Shown here: in pieces, positions 17,183 to 25,999 of the stretch | How positions within the stretch are numbered: the first letter of the stretch is position 1 | Layout of the letters: every line of letters starts with the position of its first letter | Origin: Candidatus Pacearchaeota archaeon | GTDB taxonomy: Archaea > Nanobdellota > Nanobdellia > Pacearchaeales > GW2011-AR1 | NCBI GenBank assembly: GCA_023137045.1 | Contig: JAGLQB010000002.1 | Coordinates: 1-45,408, forward strand | DNA: 45,408 nucleotides | Direction: 5' to 3' | Program-made: the position numbers and the translations under genes | The notes under the pieces: generated by a model | The model's database searches: none | Told to the model about the DNA's origin: nothing | The model's input: the letters and a program-made list of their open reading frames with translations, nothing else

Positions 17183-18583
17183 ATGAAGAAAGTACTTTTA
17201 ATGAATATGCCTTCTTGTATTAAAGTTTATGGGAAATCAGCCTTAAAAGGTATCATTGCTCCAAGACCTTTGGTTTCAATGGCAGAATTGGCAGGGTCAG
17301 TTTTGCATGCTGGAGGGGATTGTAAAATCTTAGATTTGCAGGTTGTAGAAAAACCATTCCATGAAATAGAAAAAACTCTCAATGAATACCAGCCTGATTT
17401 AGTTGGCTTAACTTTCACCACACTTTTGTTTGAAGAAGCTAAAAAAGTAGCAAAATTCATAAAAGAGAAATATCCTTCAACAAAAATAATTGCAGGAGGA
17501 GTCCACTCTTCTATTTATCCTGAAGAAGTAATTAAAGAAAAAAATATAGACATTGTGAGTATGGGTGAAGGAGATATAACTATTCAAGAAATAGTAAAAA
17601 ATAAATCTCTCAAAAATATTAAAGGAATTGTATACAAAGATAAAAAAGGAGAAATAAAAAAGAATTCCCCAAGAGAATTAATTAAAAATTTGGACGAGCT
17701 TCCAATGCCTGCGTGGCATCTCTTTAATGCAAAAATTTATATGAACCCCAAAGCAATTGCAAGAGAATCTCCAGTAGGAACAATTGGAACTTCAAGGGGC
17801 TGTGTTTATGGATGCATTTATTGTAACAAAAGTGTTTTTGGAAGAGCTTTCAGAGCAAAATCAGCCACAAGAGTTGTTGATGAATTTGAATTGCTTTTAA
17901 AGAATGGATTCAAGGAAATTCATGTTTGGGATGATATGTTTGCAACTAACCTTAAAAGAGCAAAAGAAATATGTGACGAGATAATAAAAAGAAGATTGAG
18001 GTTTACTTGGCAATTAGAATGTGGTGTGAGGGTTGATTGTGTGGATAGGGAATTTTTTGAAAAATGTGCAAAGGCAGGATGTTATAAAGTTGCTTTTGGA
18101 TTTGAATCTGGGAATGACCATATCTTAGAGTCAATAGGAAAAGGAGCAACAACGCAACAAGCAAGAAATGCTGTTAGATGGGCAAAACAAGCAGGAATGG
18201 AGACATCTGGGTTTTTTATGGTTGGATTACCTGAGGATACAAAAAAAACAATGGACCAAACAATTGATTTTGCATGTTCTCTTGGGCTGGATTATGCCAA
18301 GGCAACAATTTTAGTACCTTTACCTTCAACTCCTGTTTTTGAAGAATTTGAAAAAAAAGGTTTGCTGAAAACAAAAGATTGGAGCAAATACAATTTTCAT
18401 ACTGCGTCTAGGGTGTATGATCATCCCACTCTTGACTGGGAAACTTTGGGAAAATATTATGATAAGTTTCATAAAAAATTTTATTTTAGACCATCTTATA
18501 TTTTAAACAGATTGATTAGAAGCATCAAGAAAAAAGAACTTCTCGACGACATTAAGATGGCTTTCACTACATTTGTAAAATGA
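17183..18583 (+). CDS. Cobalamin-binding-domain radical SAM enzyme (class B) #2 (paralogue of 14518-15912)
   Basis: Collinear with #1: the B12-like N-domain, then SRGCVYGCIYC, VWDDMF, FGFESG and the shared C-terminus FYFRPSYILNR. Confidence 0.85.
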   Translation: MKKVLLMNMPSCIKVYGKSALKGIIAPRPLVSMAELAGSVLHAGGDCKILDLQVVEKPFHEIEKTLNEYQPDLVGLTFTTLLFEEAKKVAKFIKEKYPSTKIIAGGVHSSIYPEEVIKEKNIDIVSMGEGDITIQEIVKNKSLKNIKGIVYKDKKGEIKKNSPRELIKNLDELPMPAWHLFNAKIYMNPKAIARESPVGTIGTSRGCVYGCIYCNKSVFGRAFRAKSATRVVDEFELLLKNGFKEIHVWDDMFATNLKRAKEICDEIIKRRLRFTWQLECGVRVDCVDREFFEKCAKAGCYKVAFGFESGNDHILESIGKGATTQQARNAVRWAKQAGMETSGFFMVGLPEDTKKTMDQTIDFACSLGLDYAKATILVPLPSTPVFEEFEKKGLLKTKDWSKYNFHTASRVYDHPTLDWETLGKYYDKFHKKFYFRPSYILNRLIRSIKKKELLDDIKMAFTTFVK

Positions 18584-19935
18584 AAAAAAAAGTAATTATT
18601 TTGGGAGCAGGAATAACTGGATTAGTGACTGCTTATTATTTCTCACAAGATAAAGATTTTGAAGTAACACTTATAGAGAAAAATAAATATGTAGGAGGAA
18701 CAGCTATGGCGTTTGAATACAAAGATTTTATTTTGGATTATGGGCCTCATAAAATTTATACAGTTCTTCCAGGAATTATTAATGAAATAGAAAAAGTAAC
18801 TCCTTTGCTTAAAGTCAAGAAACAAAATAGTATTTACTTGAAAAATAATTTTTTTGATTTCCCTTTAAAAATCTCACAAATTGCACAGAAAATGCCGTTT
18901 ACTGCATTAAGTTCTGGAATTGACATTTTCACAAAAAGTTTTAGCAAACTACCTGACGATTCTTATGAGAATTTTTTGATAAATAGATTTGGAAAAACTA
19001 TGTATGAACTTGCCTTTAAAGATTATGCAAGAAAAGTTTGGACTTCTCATCCTCAGGAATTAGACAAGGAGCTTGCCATAAGAAGAGTGGCAATTTCAGG
19101 AGTTTTTGAATTAATTAAGGGAATCTTGTTTAAAGACACAGGAAAAATAAGTGCAGATTATTTTTATTATCCTCCAAAAGGAATAAAGCAACTTTTAGAT
19201 TCTTTAGTTAAAGAAATAAAAAAGAATAAGGGAAAAATTTTACTTCAAAAAGAAATATCAGAAATAAAACTTAAATCTCATAAAATTGATTATATTAAAA
19301 TAGGAAACAAAAAGATAAAACCAGATTATTTGATTTCAACAATTTATCTTGATAGTTTATTGGATTTAGTGAAAAATCAAAAAAATATAAATGAACAAAA
19401 AGAGATGGCAGGAAATTTGCACTACCAAAAACTAAATATCCTTTATCTAATTTTAAATAAAAAAAGAGCACTAAAAGATTGTTGGGTGTTTTTTCCAGAA
19501 AAAAAATTTCTATTTCATAGGATTAGTGAACAAAAGGCTTTTTCTGAGCAAACCTCTCCAGAAAATAAAACAGCATTAATGGTGGAAACTACAAAAGAAT
19601 TAAATGAATTAAATATAAATATCATAATACAGCAACTCAAATCAATAGGTATCTTAAATGAAAATGAAATTCAAGAATATTTTACTAAATCTTTGGACAG
19701 AGTTTATCCAATATACAAAAAAGGTTTTTTAAAAAATTTGCATTTCGCCTTAGACAAAGTAGAATCTATTGAAGATGTTTATACTATTGGAAGACCTGGT
19801 TTATTTAATTACAATAATATGGACCAATGTTGGGACATGGCCAAAAAAACATTTGAACATATAAAACAAGGAAAAACAAAACAAGATTGGCAAAAAACAA
19901 AAAATTACTTTGATAGCTATAGGATTGTTGATTAG
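18580..19935 (+). CDS. FAD/NAD(P)-binding oxidoreductase, UDP-galactopyranose-mutase/amine-oxidase-like
   Basis: N-terminal dinucleotide motif VIILGAGITGLVTAY...EKNKYVGG and a C-terminal GRPGLFNYNNMDQ motif resembling the Glf-type GRxxxYxYxxMD. ATGA overlap with the upstream gene. Confidence 0.65.
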   Translation: MKKKVIILGAGITGLVTAYYFSQDKDFEVTLIEKNKYVGGTAMAFEYKDFILDYGPHKIYTVLPGIINEIEKVTPLLKVKKQNSIYLKNNFFDFPLKISQIAQKMPFTALSSGIDIFTKSFSKLPDDSYENFLINRFGKTMYELAFKDYARKVWTSHPQELDKELAIRRVAISGVFELIKGILFKDTGKISADYFYYPPKGIKQLLDSLVKEIKKNKGKILLQKEISEIKLKSHKIDYIKIGNKKIKPDYLISTIYLDSLLDLVKNQKNINEQKEMAGNLHYQKLNILYLILNKKRALKDCWVFFPEKKFLFHRISEQKAFSEQTSPENKTALMVETTKELNELNINIIIQQLKSIGILNENEIQEYFTKSLDRVYPIYKKGFLKNLHFALDKVESIEDVYTIGRPGLFNYNNMDQCWDMAKKTFEHIKQGKTKQDWQKTKNYFDSYRIVD

Positions 19936-19987
19936 TTTTATTTTTTAAAAACAATATATTTATAAGTAAATTCAATTAATTTTTTTT

Positions 19988-21055
19988 ATGTTACCTGTAA
20001 AAAATTTGAATACATATAATCTAGAGAACATAATTTCTTCGGATAAGGCTTTTAAACTAATTAAAAAATTCAAAGAAGGTGGAAAAACTATTGGTCTTTG
20101 TCATGGAGGATTTGACCTTCTTCATCCTGGTCAAGTAAAACATTTAGAATCTGCAAAAAATTTATGTGACATTTTATTTGTGTCTATAACCTCCGACAAA
20201 TTTGTAACCTGTAGAAAAGGTTCAGGCAGACCAATTTTTAATGATGTTTTAAGAGCATATATGGTTGGAAATTTAAAATTTGTAGATTATGTTGTGATTA
20301 CAGATTATAAATTAGGGGTTGATGTCATAGATAAGCTTAAACCTACCTATTACATTAAAGGTCCAGATTTTATTAATAAAAAAACACCTGGGATAGATTC
20401 AGAACGCCAGAAAATCAAAGATGTTGGGGGAGAAATAAAATACACTAATGACTCCAAATTATCTACGACAGAGATTATAGATTATATTAAAAATAAAGTT
20501 GATAAAAATAGACTTCTTCTTTGTATAGATAGAGATGGGACTTTAATAGAAGAACAAAATTTTCTTGGAAAAGACAAAGGTTGGGAAAATAAAATTAAGA
20601 TAAAAGAGAATATAATTAGTACAATTTCTTATTTACAAACGAAATATCAAACAACAAAAATAGTTATTAGTAATCAGGCAGGGGTTGCTAGAGGATACTT
20701 TACTTGTAATACTGTAAACAAAATAAATAATTATATCGACCATCTTTTAGAAAAAAGAGGTATAAAAATAGATGCATGGGAATATTGCCCTTATGTTGAT
20801 TCAGCATATGCAGAATCAAAGAAAAATGAAATCAAATTTGATACTAATTTTGTAAAGGATAAAACAAAAAGAAAACCCAATGGTCAAATGATGTTAGATG
20901 GTTTGCAAAAATTAGGAAGAGATATATCTGATTTTAGCCAGATAATTATTTTTGGAGATATGGCAGAAGATCAGATGTTAGCTAAAAAATTAAATGCAAT
21001 TTATATTGATGCAAGTATTGAGTATAACAAAGCAATAGAAAAAGTAGACTTTTAG
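19988..21055 (+). CDS. Bifunctional heptose-1-phosphate nucleotidyltransferase (RfaE domain II-like) / D,D-heptose 1,7-bisphosphate phosphatase (GmhB-like HAD)
   Basis: The N-terminal half has the HxGH-class cytidylyltransferase fold (GLCHGGFDLLHPGQVKHL). The C-terminal half, from about nt 20510, is HAD-IIIA (CIDRDGTLIE, ISNQAGVARGYF, KRKPNGQM, FGDMAEDQ). Confidence 0.75.
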   Translation: MLPVKNLNTYNLENIISSDKAFKLIKKFKEGGKTIGLCHGGFDLLHPGQVKHLESAKNLCDILFVSITSDKFVTCRKGSGRPIFNDVLRAYMVGNLKFVDYVVITDYKLGVDVIDKLKPTYYIKGPDFINKKTPGIDSERQKIKDVGGEIKYTNDSKLSTTEIIDYIKNKVDKNRLLLCIDRDGTLIEEQNFLGKDKGWENKIKIKENIISTISYLQTKYQTTKIVISNQAGVARGYFTCNTVNKINNYIDHLLEKRGIKIDAWEYCPYVDSAYAESKKNEIKFDTNFVKDKTKRKPNGQMMLDGLQKLGRDISDFSQIIIFGDMAEDQMLAKKLNAIYIDASIEYNKAIEKVDF

Positions 21056-21057
21056 TT

Positions 21058-21612
21058 TTATACTGTTTCTTTTAAGCAACAAGTTAAAAAGTGTCCAAAC
21101 ATACTATGGATATCTTCACAGATTTCATAAGAGTCAGATTGGATATGGGCAGAATAATCAGCAATTTTTTTGAGTTTTCCTCCATCAAATCCAGTAATTC
21201 CTATTACAATCATTTCAAGTTCTTTAGCATATTTAGCTCCTTTTATCACATTGGGGCTATTTCCTGAGGCAGAGATAAATATACTAATATCTTTAGGCGA
21301 GGCAAGATTAATTAATTGTTGTCTAAACACTTCATCATAAAAAGAATCATTGGATATTGCAGTTAAATAAGATATATTATTAGATAAGCTTATAACTTTG
21401 TATCTTGTAAAATTCTTTTCCCAATTTTTGTTAGCACCTTTTGATAAATCACATGCGTAATGATTTGCCGTGGAAGCACTACCACCATTTCCAGCCACAA
21501 AAATTTTTTGATTATTTTTTATTGAGTCTTTCAAAACCTGTAAAATTTCTTCATCAAATTCAAAAATGTCTAATGCTTTTTTTATACTTGATTTATATTC
21601 ATTCCAGTTCAT
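21058..21612 (-). CDS. gmhA: Phosphoheptose isomerase (SIS domain)
   Basis: FVAGNGGSASTANHYACDL, ISASGNSPNV and a C-terminal His-containing helix are typical of GmhA. Confidence 0.8.
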   Translation of the reverse strand: MNWNEYKSSIKKALDIFEFDEEILQVLKDSIKNNQKIFVAGNGGSASTANHYACDLSKGANKNWEKNFTRYKVISLSNNISYLTAISNDSFYDEVFRQQLINLASPKDISIFISASGNSPNVIKGAKYAKELEMIVIGITGFDGGKLKKIADYSAHIQSDSYEICEDIHSMFGHFLTCCLKETV

Positions 21613-21613
21613 T

Positions 21614-22618
21614 TCAAATTTTTCTTATAAAATTTAATAGTTTATCTTTAGTAACAAATTCTTTATTTCCTAAAATGTTAGCACCAATACCTCCAATACA
21701 ATTCGCAATAAAAGGCATTGATTCGTTATCAAGTTTTGAATATGCGAAAAGACTCATTATAGCAAAAACAGCATCTCCAGCTCCAACAGTATCTACAAGC
21801 TTTTCTGTAAGAATTGGCGATGTATAATTTATTCCATCTTTATGGAATATACAACCTTCTTTACCGAGCGTTACTAAGAAATTGTTGTGTTTAAACTTCT
21901 CATGGAATTTACAAATGACCTCTTCAAAATTTTCAAATTTCATCATTAAAGGCAATCTTAACTCTTGATCATTCATTGTGATAAACTCAGCATGTTGATA
22001 TTTGGTTACATAATTGTACCCTATATTTGCACTATTTACTTGAGAATTTAAAGATAAGAATTTGGATTTTTCTTGTAAGATTTTTCTAATATCTTTATTC
22101 ATAAAACCATGATCATAATCCAATGTAATCACTAAATCATATTTTGGCAGTTCTCCACAAAGATAATTTTCGATTTCGTGCGATAATTTATTTGAAATAG
22201 GTAAATCATTCATATGCTCAACTTTAAACAACTTATTTCCTCTATTATAATCAATATATCTTCTTTTGATTGTTGTTGGAGAATTTTCTTTGACAAAGCT
22301 TTTTAGTTCAATGTTCTGAGACAAAGAATTTTTGATAAAATTCAAGTGAGAATTTTGGTCTCCAATTAAAGTTACAAGTTTTGATTTAGCTACATAAGAA
22401 CTAATATGATTTGCAACTGCAAGTACTCCTCCAGCATAACTCTCTTCTGATTTGAAACGTGTTGAAAGAATTGGGTCTTTCATCGCCCTCCCCTTTGGTT
22501 CTACAAATGCATACTGGTCAATCACGCAATCTCCAATAATAAACACATTTAAATCTTTTAGTGAGTCTAATCTTTTCTCAAATCCTTCAAAATCAAATTT
22601 TTTCCTTATGTTTGCCAT
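21614..22618 (-). CDS. PfkB-family sugar kinase (RfaE domain I-like heptose-7-phosphate kinase)
   Basis: VFIIGDCVIDQY..., YAGGVLAVANH, TLGKEGC and the anion-hole motif DTVGAGDAVFA. It is adjacent to gmhA. Confidence 0.75.
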   Translation of the reverse strand: MANIRKKFDFEGFEKRLDSLKDLNVFIIGDCVIDQYAFVEPKGRAMKDPILSTRFKSEESYAGGVLAVANHISSYVAKSKLVTLIGDQNSHLNFIKNSLSQNIELKSFVKENSPTTIKRRYIDYNRGNKLFKVEHMNDLPISNKLSHEIENYLCGELPKYDLVITLDYDHGFMNKDIRKILQEKSKFLSLNSQVNSANIGYNYVTKYQHAEFITMNDQELRLPLMMKFENFEEVICKFHEKFKHNNFLVTLGKEGCIFHKDGINYTSPILTEKLVDTVGAGDAVFAIMSLFAYSKLDNESMPFIANCIGGIGANILGNKEFVTKDKLLNFIRKI

Positions 22619-22687
22619 GTTTTTTTGCTTCTAAATTATTAGTTTGAAAAATAATTTATAAAGATTTATATGAAAAAATATTGGTAT

Positions 22688-23686
22688 TTAATCATTTAAA
22701 TATTGAAACCATGCTTTAGTTTCCTTTTCGATATTTTTTGGAGTCCAAATGGGAGCATCATCCCAATATCCAATATTTTTAATCATAATCTTGACCCCAT
22801 CTTCCAAAGAAATTTTAGGTTTCCATTTTAAAAGTTTTTTTGCCTTAGAAATATTTGCCCAAGTAATATCTGGTTCTCCTGGCCTTTTAGGTATATGTAC
22901 TATTTTATCAGAAATCATTTTTGCAAGTTGGTTTATTTTTTTAGGGTTTCCAGCACCAATATTTATGCACTTCCCAGATACATCTGAAATAGCACTAAGA
23001 TATGCAGCTTCTGCAACATCTTTTACAAAGACAAAGTCACGTTTTTGTTTCCCATCACCAACGATTGTTAATGGAGAATCATGTAGCTTTTGAGTTAAAA
23101 ATACCTTAAATACTGCTCCATAAGTATTATTGCTTTTGGCTCTAGGTCCGTAGACATTAAAAAATCTTAATGAAACAACTGGGAGACTATATACTTTAGA
23201 CCAGTGAAGTACGCATTCTTCCCCAAGATATTTTGTTAATGCATAAGGGTATTCTGGTTTTATTTTTGCTGTTTCTGGAGTGGGATATTTATCAGCAATA
23301 CCATAACAACTTGAAGAAGCTGCATAAACAAATTTCTCAAGTTTTTTAGATTTCCTCGCTGCTTCCAATGTTTTAATAGTCCCAGTTACATTAGCTTCAT
23401 AATATTTAAGAGGATTCTCAATTGAGGGTACAATATCTGCCAAACCTGCCATATGGAAAATATAATTTGCATCTTCAAATAAGGTCTCATCTAAATTTCT
23501 TGCTACATTCATTTCATAAAACTTATAATTAGAATTAGCCTTGAACATGTTAATGTTTTCTATTTGTCCATTTACCATATTATCAATCACAGTAACATCC
23601 AAATTTTTTTTCAATAAATCTTCTACAATATGTGAGCCAATAAAACCAGCCCCTCCCGTAACAATGGCTTTCTTTTGTAAATTCAT
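22688..23686 (-). CDS. NAD-dependent nucleotide-sugar epimerase/dehydratase (extended SDR)
   Basis: [15 protein letters not shown], the catalytic YALTK and RFFNVYGPR. The start is taken at the internal ATG (MNLQKK); the track ORF extends to 23743. Confidence 0.8.
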   Translation of the reverse strand: MNLQKKAIVTGGAGFIGSHIVEDLLKKNLDVTVIDNMVNGQIENINMFKANSNYKFYEMNVARNLDETLFEDANYIFHMAGLADIVPSIENPLKYYEANVTGTIKTLEAARKSKKLEKFVYAASSSCYGIADKYPTPETAKIKPEYPYALTKYLGEECVLHWSKVYSLPVVSLRFFNVYGPRAKSNNTYGAVFKVFLTQKLHDSPLTIVGDGKQKRDFVFVKDVAEAAYLSAISDVSGKCINIGAGNPKKINQLAKMISDKIVHIPKRPGEPDITWANISKAKKLLKWKPKISLEDGVKIMIKNIGYWDDAPIWTPKNIEKETKAWFQYLND

Positions 23687-23815
23687 TTTAAAATAAAAAA
23701 GTAAGAGGTTAAAAATATTTATCTCTTTGATTATATAATCCAATACTCGAAATTGACTAAGTTTATGTATCTTTCATAGGGCATATTTAAAAATGTTTTT
23801 TTCGTGAAGATTTTT

Positions 23816-25351
23816 ATGGCGGAAGAAAAAGAAAAGGACTTAGATAAATTTTTGAAATTAATTGCTAAATCATCAGTTATTGTTTTTGTGAGCCTAATTT
23901 TGTCAAAAATTTTCACATATGCGTATAGGATCATAATCGCTAGATCTTTCGGTCCAGAAGTTTATGGATTATTTTCTTTAGCAATAATGATTTTAGGGTG
24001 GTTTATCGCTTTTTCTTCTTTGGGTTTGAGTGAAGGTCTTTTGAGATATGTGGCTTTGTACAGGGGAGAAAAAAAAACAAATAAAATTAGATTTATTCTT
24101 AAAACTTCAATAACAATTATTTTCTTTTCAACTATCATTTCAGCAATAATTTTATTTTTATTATCAGAATTTATTTCTATCAATTTATTTCATAACCCCA
24201 GTTTGATAATTTTTCTTAAAATTTTTAGCATCCTTATTCCTTTGGGTGTATTTTCAAATATTTTTCTTTCAGTTATAAGAGCATATGAAAAAATAAATTG
24301 GCATGCTTTCATATTAAATATCCTACAAAATGCTATCAAATTAATAACTCTTGGTATATTAATCATTTTGGGGTTCAAAACTAATGCTGTAATCTTTTCT
24401 TATTTTTTGGGAGTACTAATTGTATTGATAGCTTCGTATTTGGTTTGTAGATACAAAATTCCCGAAATATTCGAAAAATATACTTTACAAAAAAAGATAC
24501 AAAAAAATATTACTAAAGAGTTATTTTCTTATTCTTGGCCGGTTTTATTTTTGGGGCTATTGGGAGGAATTCTTTATTCGGCAGATTCTTTTGTTCTTGG
24601 TTATTTTAAAAGTACATTAGAAGTCGGATTTTATAATGCTGCTGTCCCAATAGCACTGTTATTGAGTATCGCTCCTCAATTATTTACAAGATTATTTTTT
24701 CCCTTAATAACCCGAGAATATTCAAGAAGAAATATCAAAATTATAAAGGGCTTAAGCCAACAAGTTGGAAAATGGATTTTTATATTAAATTTCCCTTTTT
24801 TCATAATTATGGTTTTTTTCCCAGGGGTTTTAATAAACATTCTATTTGGAAAAGAGTACCTTATCGCTGAAAATGCCCTTAGAATTCTTGCTATTGGGGC
24901 TTTTTTTTCAAGTTTAGCTACAATTTCTTCCAATTTAATTTTAATGATGGGAAAAACTAAAATATTTTTAATAAATCTCATAAGTGTTTTTATCTTTAAT
25001 ATTACTTTGAATATAATTTTAATTCCCAAATATGGTCTAAATGGGGCAGCATTTTCCACGATGTTAAGTGGGATAATACTCAGTTTTGTTTTATTATTTC
25101 AGGCGCATTATTATACCTCTATCTGGCCATTGAGGAGAAAAATGTTACGAATTTTCATCGTGACATTGATCCCAATAGCTTTGTTGAGGGGTATAAAACA
25201 ATTCATAGTGATAAATAATCTATCTCTAATCTTAATGGGACTATTTTTCTTTTTATCTTATGTTTTATTAATATTCCTAACAGGATGTTTGGATAAAAAT
25301 GATTTTATGATTTTGAGGAATATAAAAAAGAAAATAATAAGAAAAAAATGA
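23816..25351 (+). CDS. wzx: Wzx-type oligosaccharide/polysaccharide flippase (MOP superfamily)
   Basis: About 510 aa with 12-14 TM helices and Polysacc_synt-like N- and C-terminal halves. The track start at 23804 is a GTG; the ATG at 23816 is preferred. Confidence 0.75.
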   Translation: MAEEKEKDLDKFLKLIAKSSVIVFVSLILSKIFTYAYRIIIARSFGPEVYGLFSLAIMILGWFIAFSSLGLSEGLLRYVALYRGEKKTNKIRFILKTSITIIFFSTIISAIILFLLSEFISINLFHNPSLIIFLKIFSILIPLGVFSNIFLSVIRAYEKINWHAFILNILQNAIKLITLGILIILGFKTNAVIFSYFLGVLIVLIASYLVCRYKIPEIFEKYTLQKKIQKNITKELFSYSWPVLFLGLLGGILYSADSFVLGYFKSTLEVGFYNAAVPIALLLSIAPQLFTRLFFPLITREYSRRNIKIIKGLSQQVGKWIFILNFPFFIIMVFFPGVLINILFGKEYLIAENALRILAIGAFFSSLATISSNLILMMGKTKIFLINLISVFIFNITLNIILIPKYGLNGAAFSTMLSGIILSFVLLFQAHYYTSIWPLRRKMLRIFIVTLIPIALLRGIKQFIVINNLSLILMGLFFFLSYVLLIFLTGCLDKNDFMILRNIKKKIIRKK

Positions 25352-25438
25352 TGAATGTTCCAAATGATCCTATTATCGAAATATTTTATATTTATTTTAA
25401 AAATTATTATCTTTTAGTAGTTACCATACTTTAAATAA

Positions 25439-25459
25439 GCTACTAGTATTACTAGTAAC
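25439..25459. promoter_or_regulatory. Tandem ACTAGT palindromes abutting the start codon of the first phosphonate-module gene
   Basis: GCT-ACTAGT-ATT-ACTAGT-AAC lies immediately before the ATG at 25460. An AT-rich TATA-like tract sits about 35-55 nt upstream. Confidence 0.3.
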
Positions 25460-25999
25460 ATGAAAAAGGCAGTCTGGGAAAATAAATCAAATGGGCAACT
25501 TTGTGTGACAATTCCAAAAGATTCAGGAATAAAATCTGGAGAGGTAGTAACCATTAAAAAAGAAAAGATTAAGACGATAATTTATTCACCTATAAGAGCT
25601 GATCTGTTCCATTATGGACATTTAAGATTGTTGCAAAATGCTAATAAATTGGGTGACCTTCATATTTGTGGTATTTTGACAGATGAAGCAATAAAAACAT
25701 ATGCAAAAGAACCTCTGGCTAGTTTAAAGGAAAGAGTAGCAATAATATCTGCCTTGAGGTGTGTTGACATGGTTGTGATTCAAAGAAGTTTAGATCCCAC
25801 AGAGAACTTAAAGAAAATTCACACTCAATTTAAAAATGCAAAAATAATCCTTGTATATGGTTCTAACTGGAAAAAGGTTCCAGGAGCAGGATACATAAAA
25901 AAAATTAAGGGGGAGATTGTGCAACCTCCTTTTTATAAAAGATTATCAACAAAAAATGTGATGAGTAAACTTATTCAAAGTTATAAAAATGGATTATAA
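25460..25999 (+). CDS. HxGH-class cytidylyltransferase (TagD/ECT-like) with an AbrB/SpoVT-like N-terminal segment
   Basis: Residues about 8-35 ([25 protein letters not shown]) resemble the AbrB/MazE swapped-hairpin. These are followed by [20 protein letters not shown]...[11 protein letters not shown], the cytidylyltransferase core. Confidence 0.65.
   Translation: MKKAVWENKSNGQLCVTIPKDSGIKSGEVVTIKKEKIKTIIYSPIRADLFHYGHLRLLQNANKLGDLHICGILTDEAIKTYAKEPLASLKERVAIISALRCVDMVVIQRSLDPTENLKKIHTQFKNAKIILVYGSNWKKVPGAGYIKKIKGEIVQPPFYKRLSTKNVMSKLIQSYKNGL

Noticed and set aside
23731-23934. 67-aa minus-strand ORF spanning the epimerase/flippase divergent promoter
   Set aside because: It overlaps the flippase 5' end antisense and the intergenic TATA-rich region. 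It has no recognisable motif and is likely non-coding.
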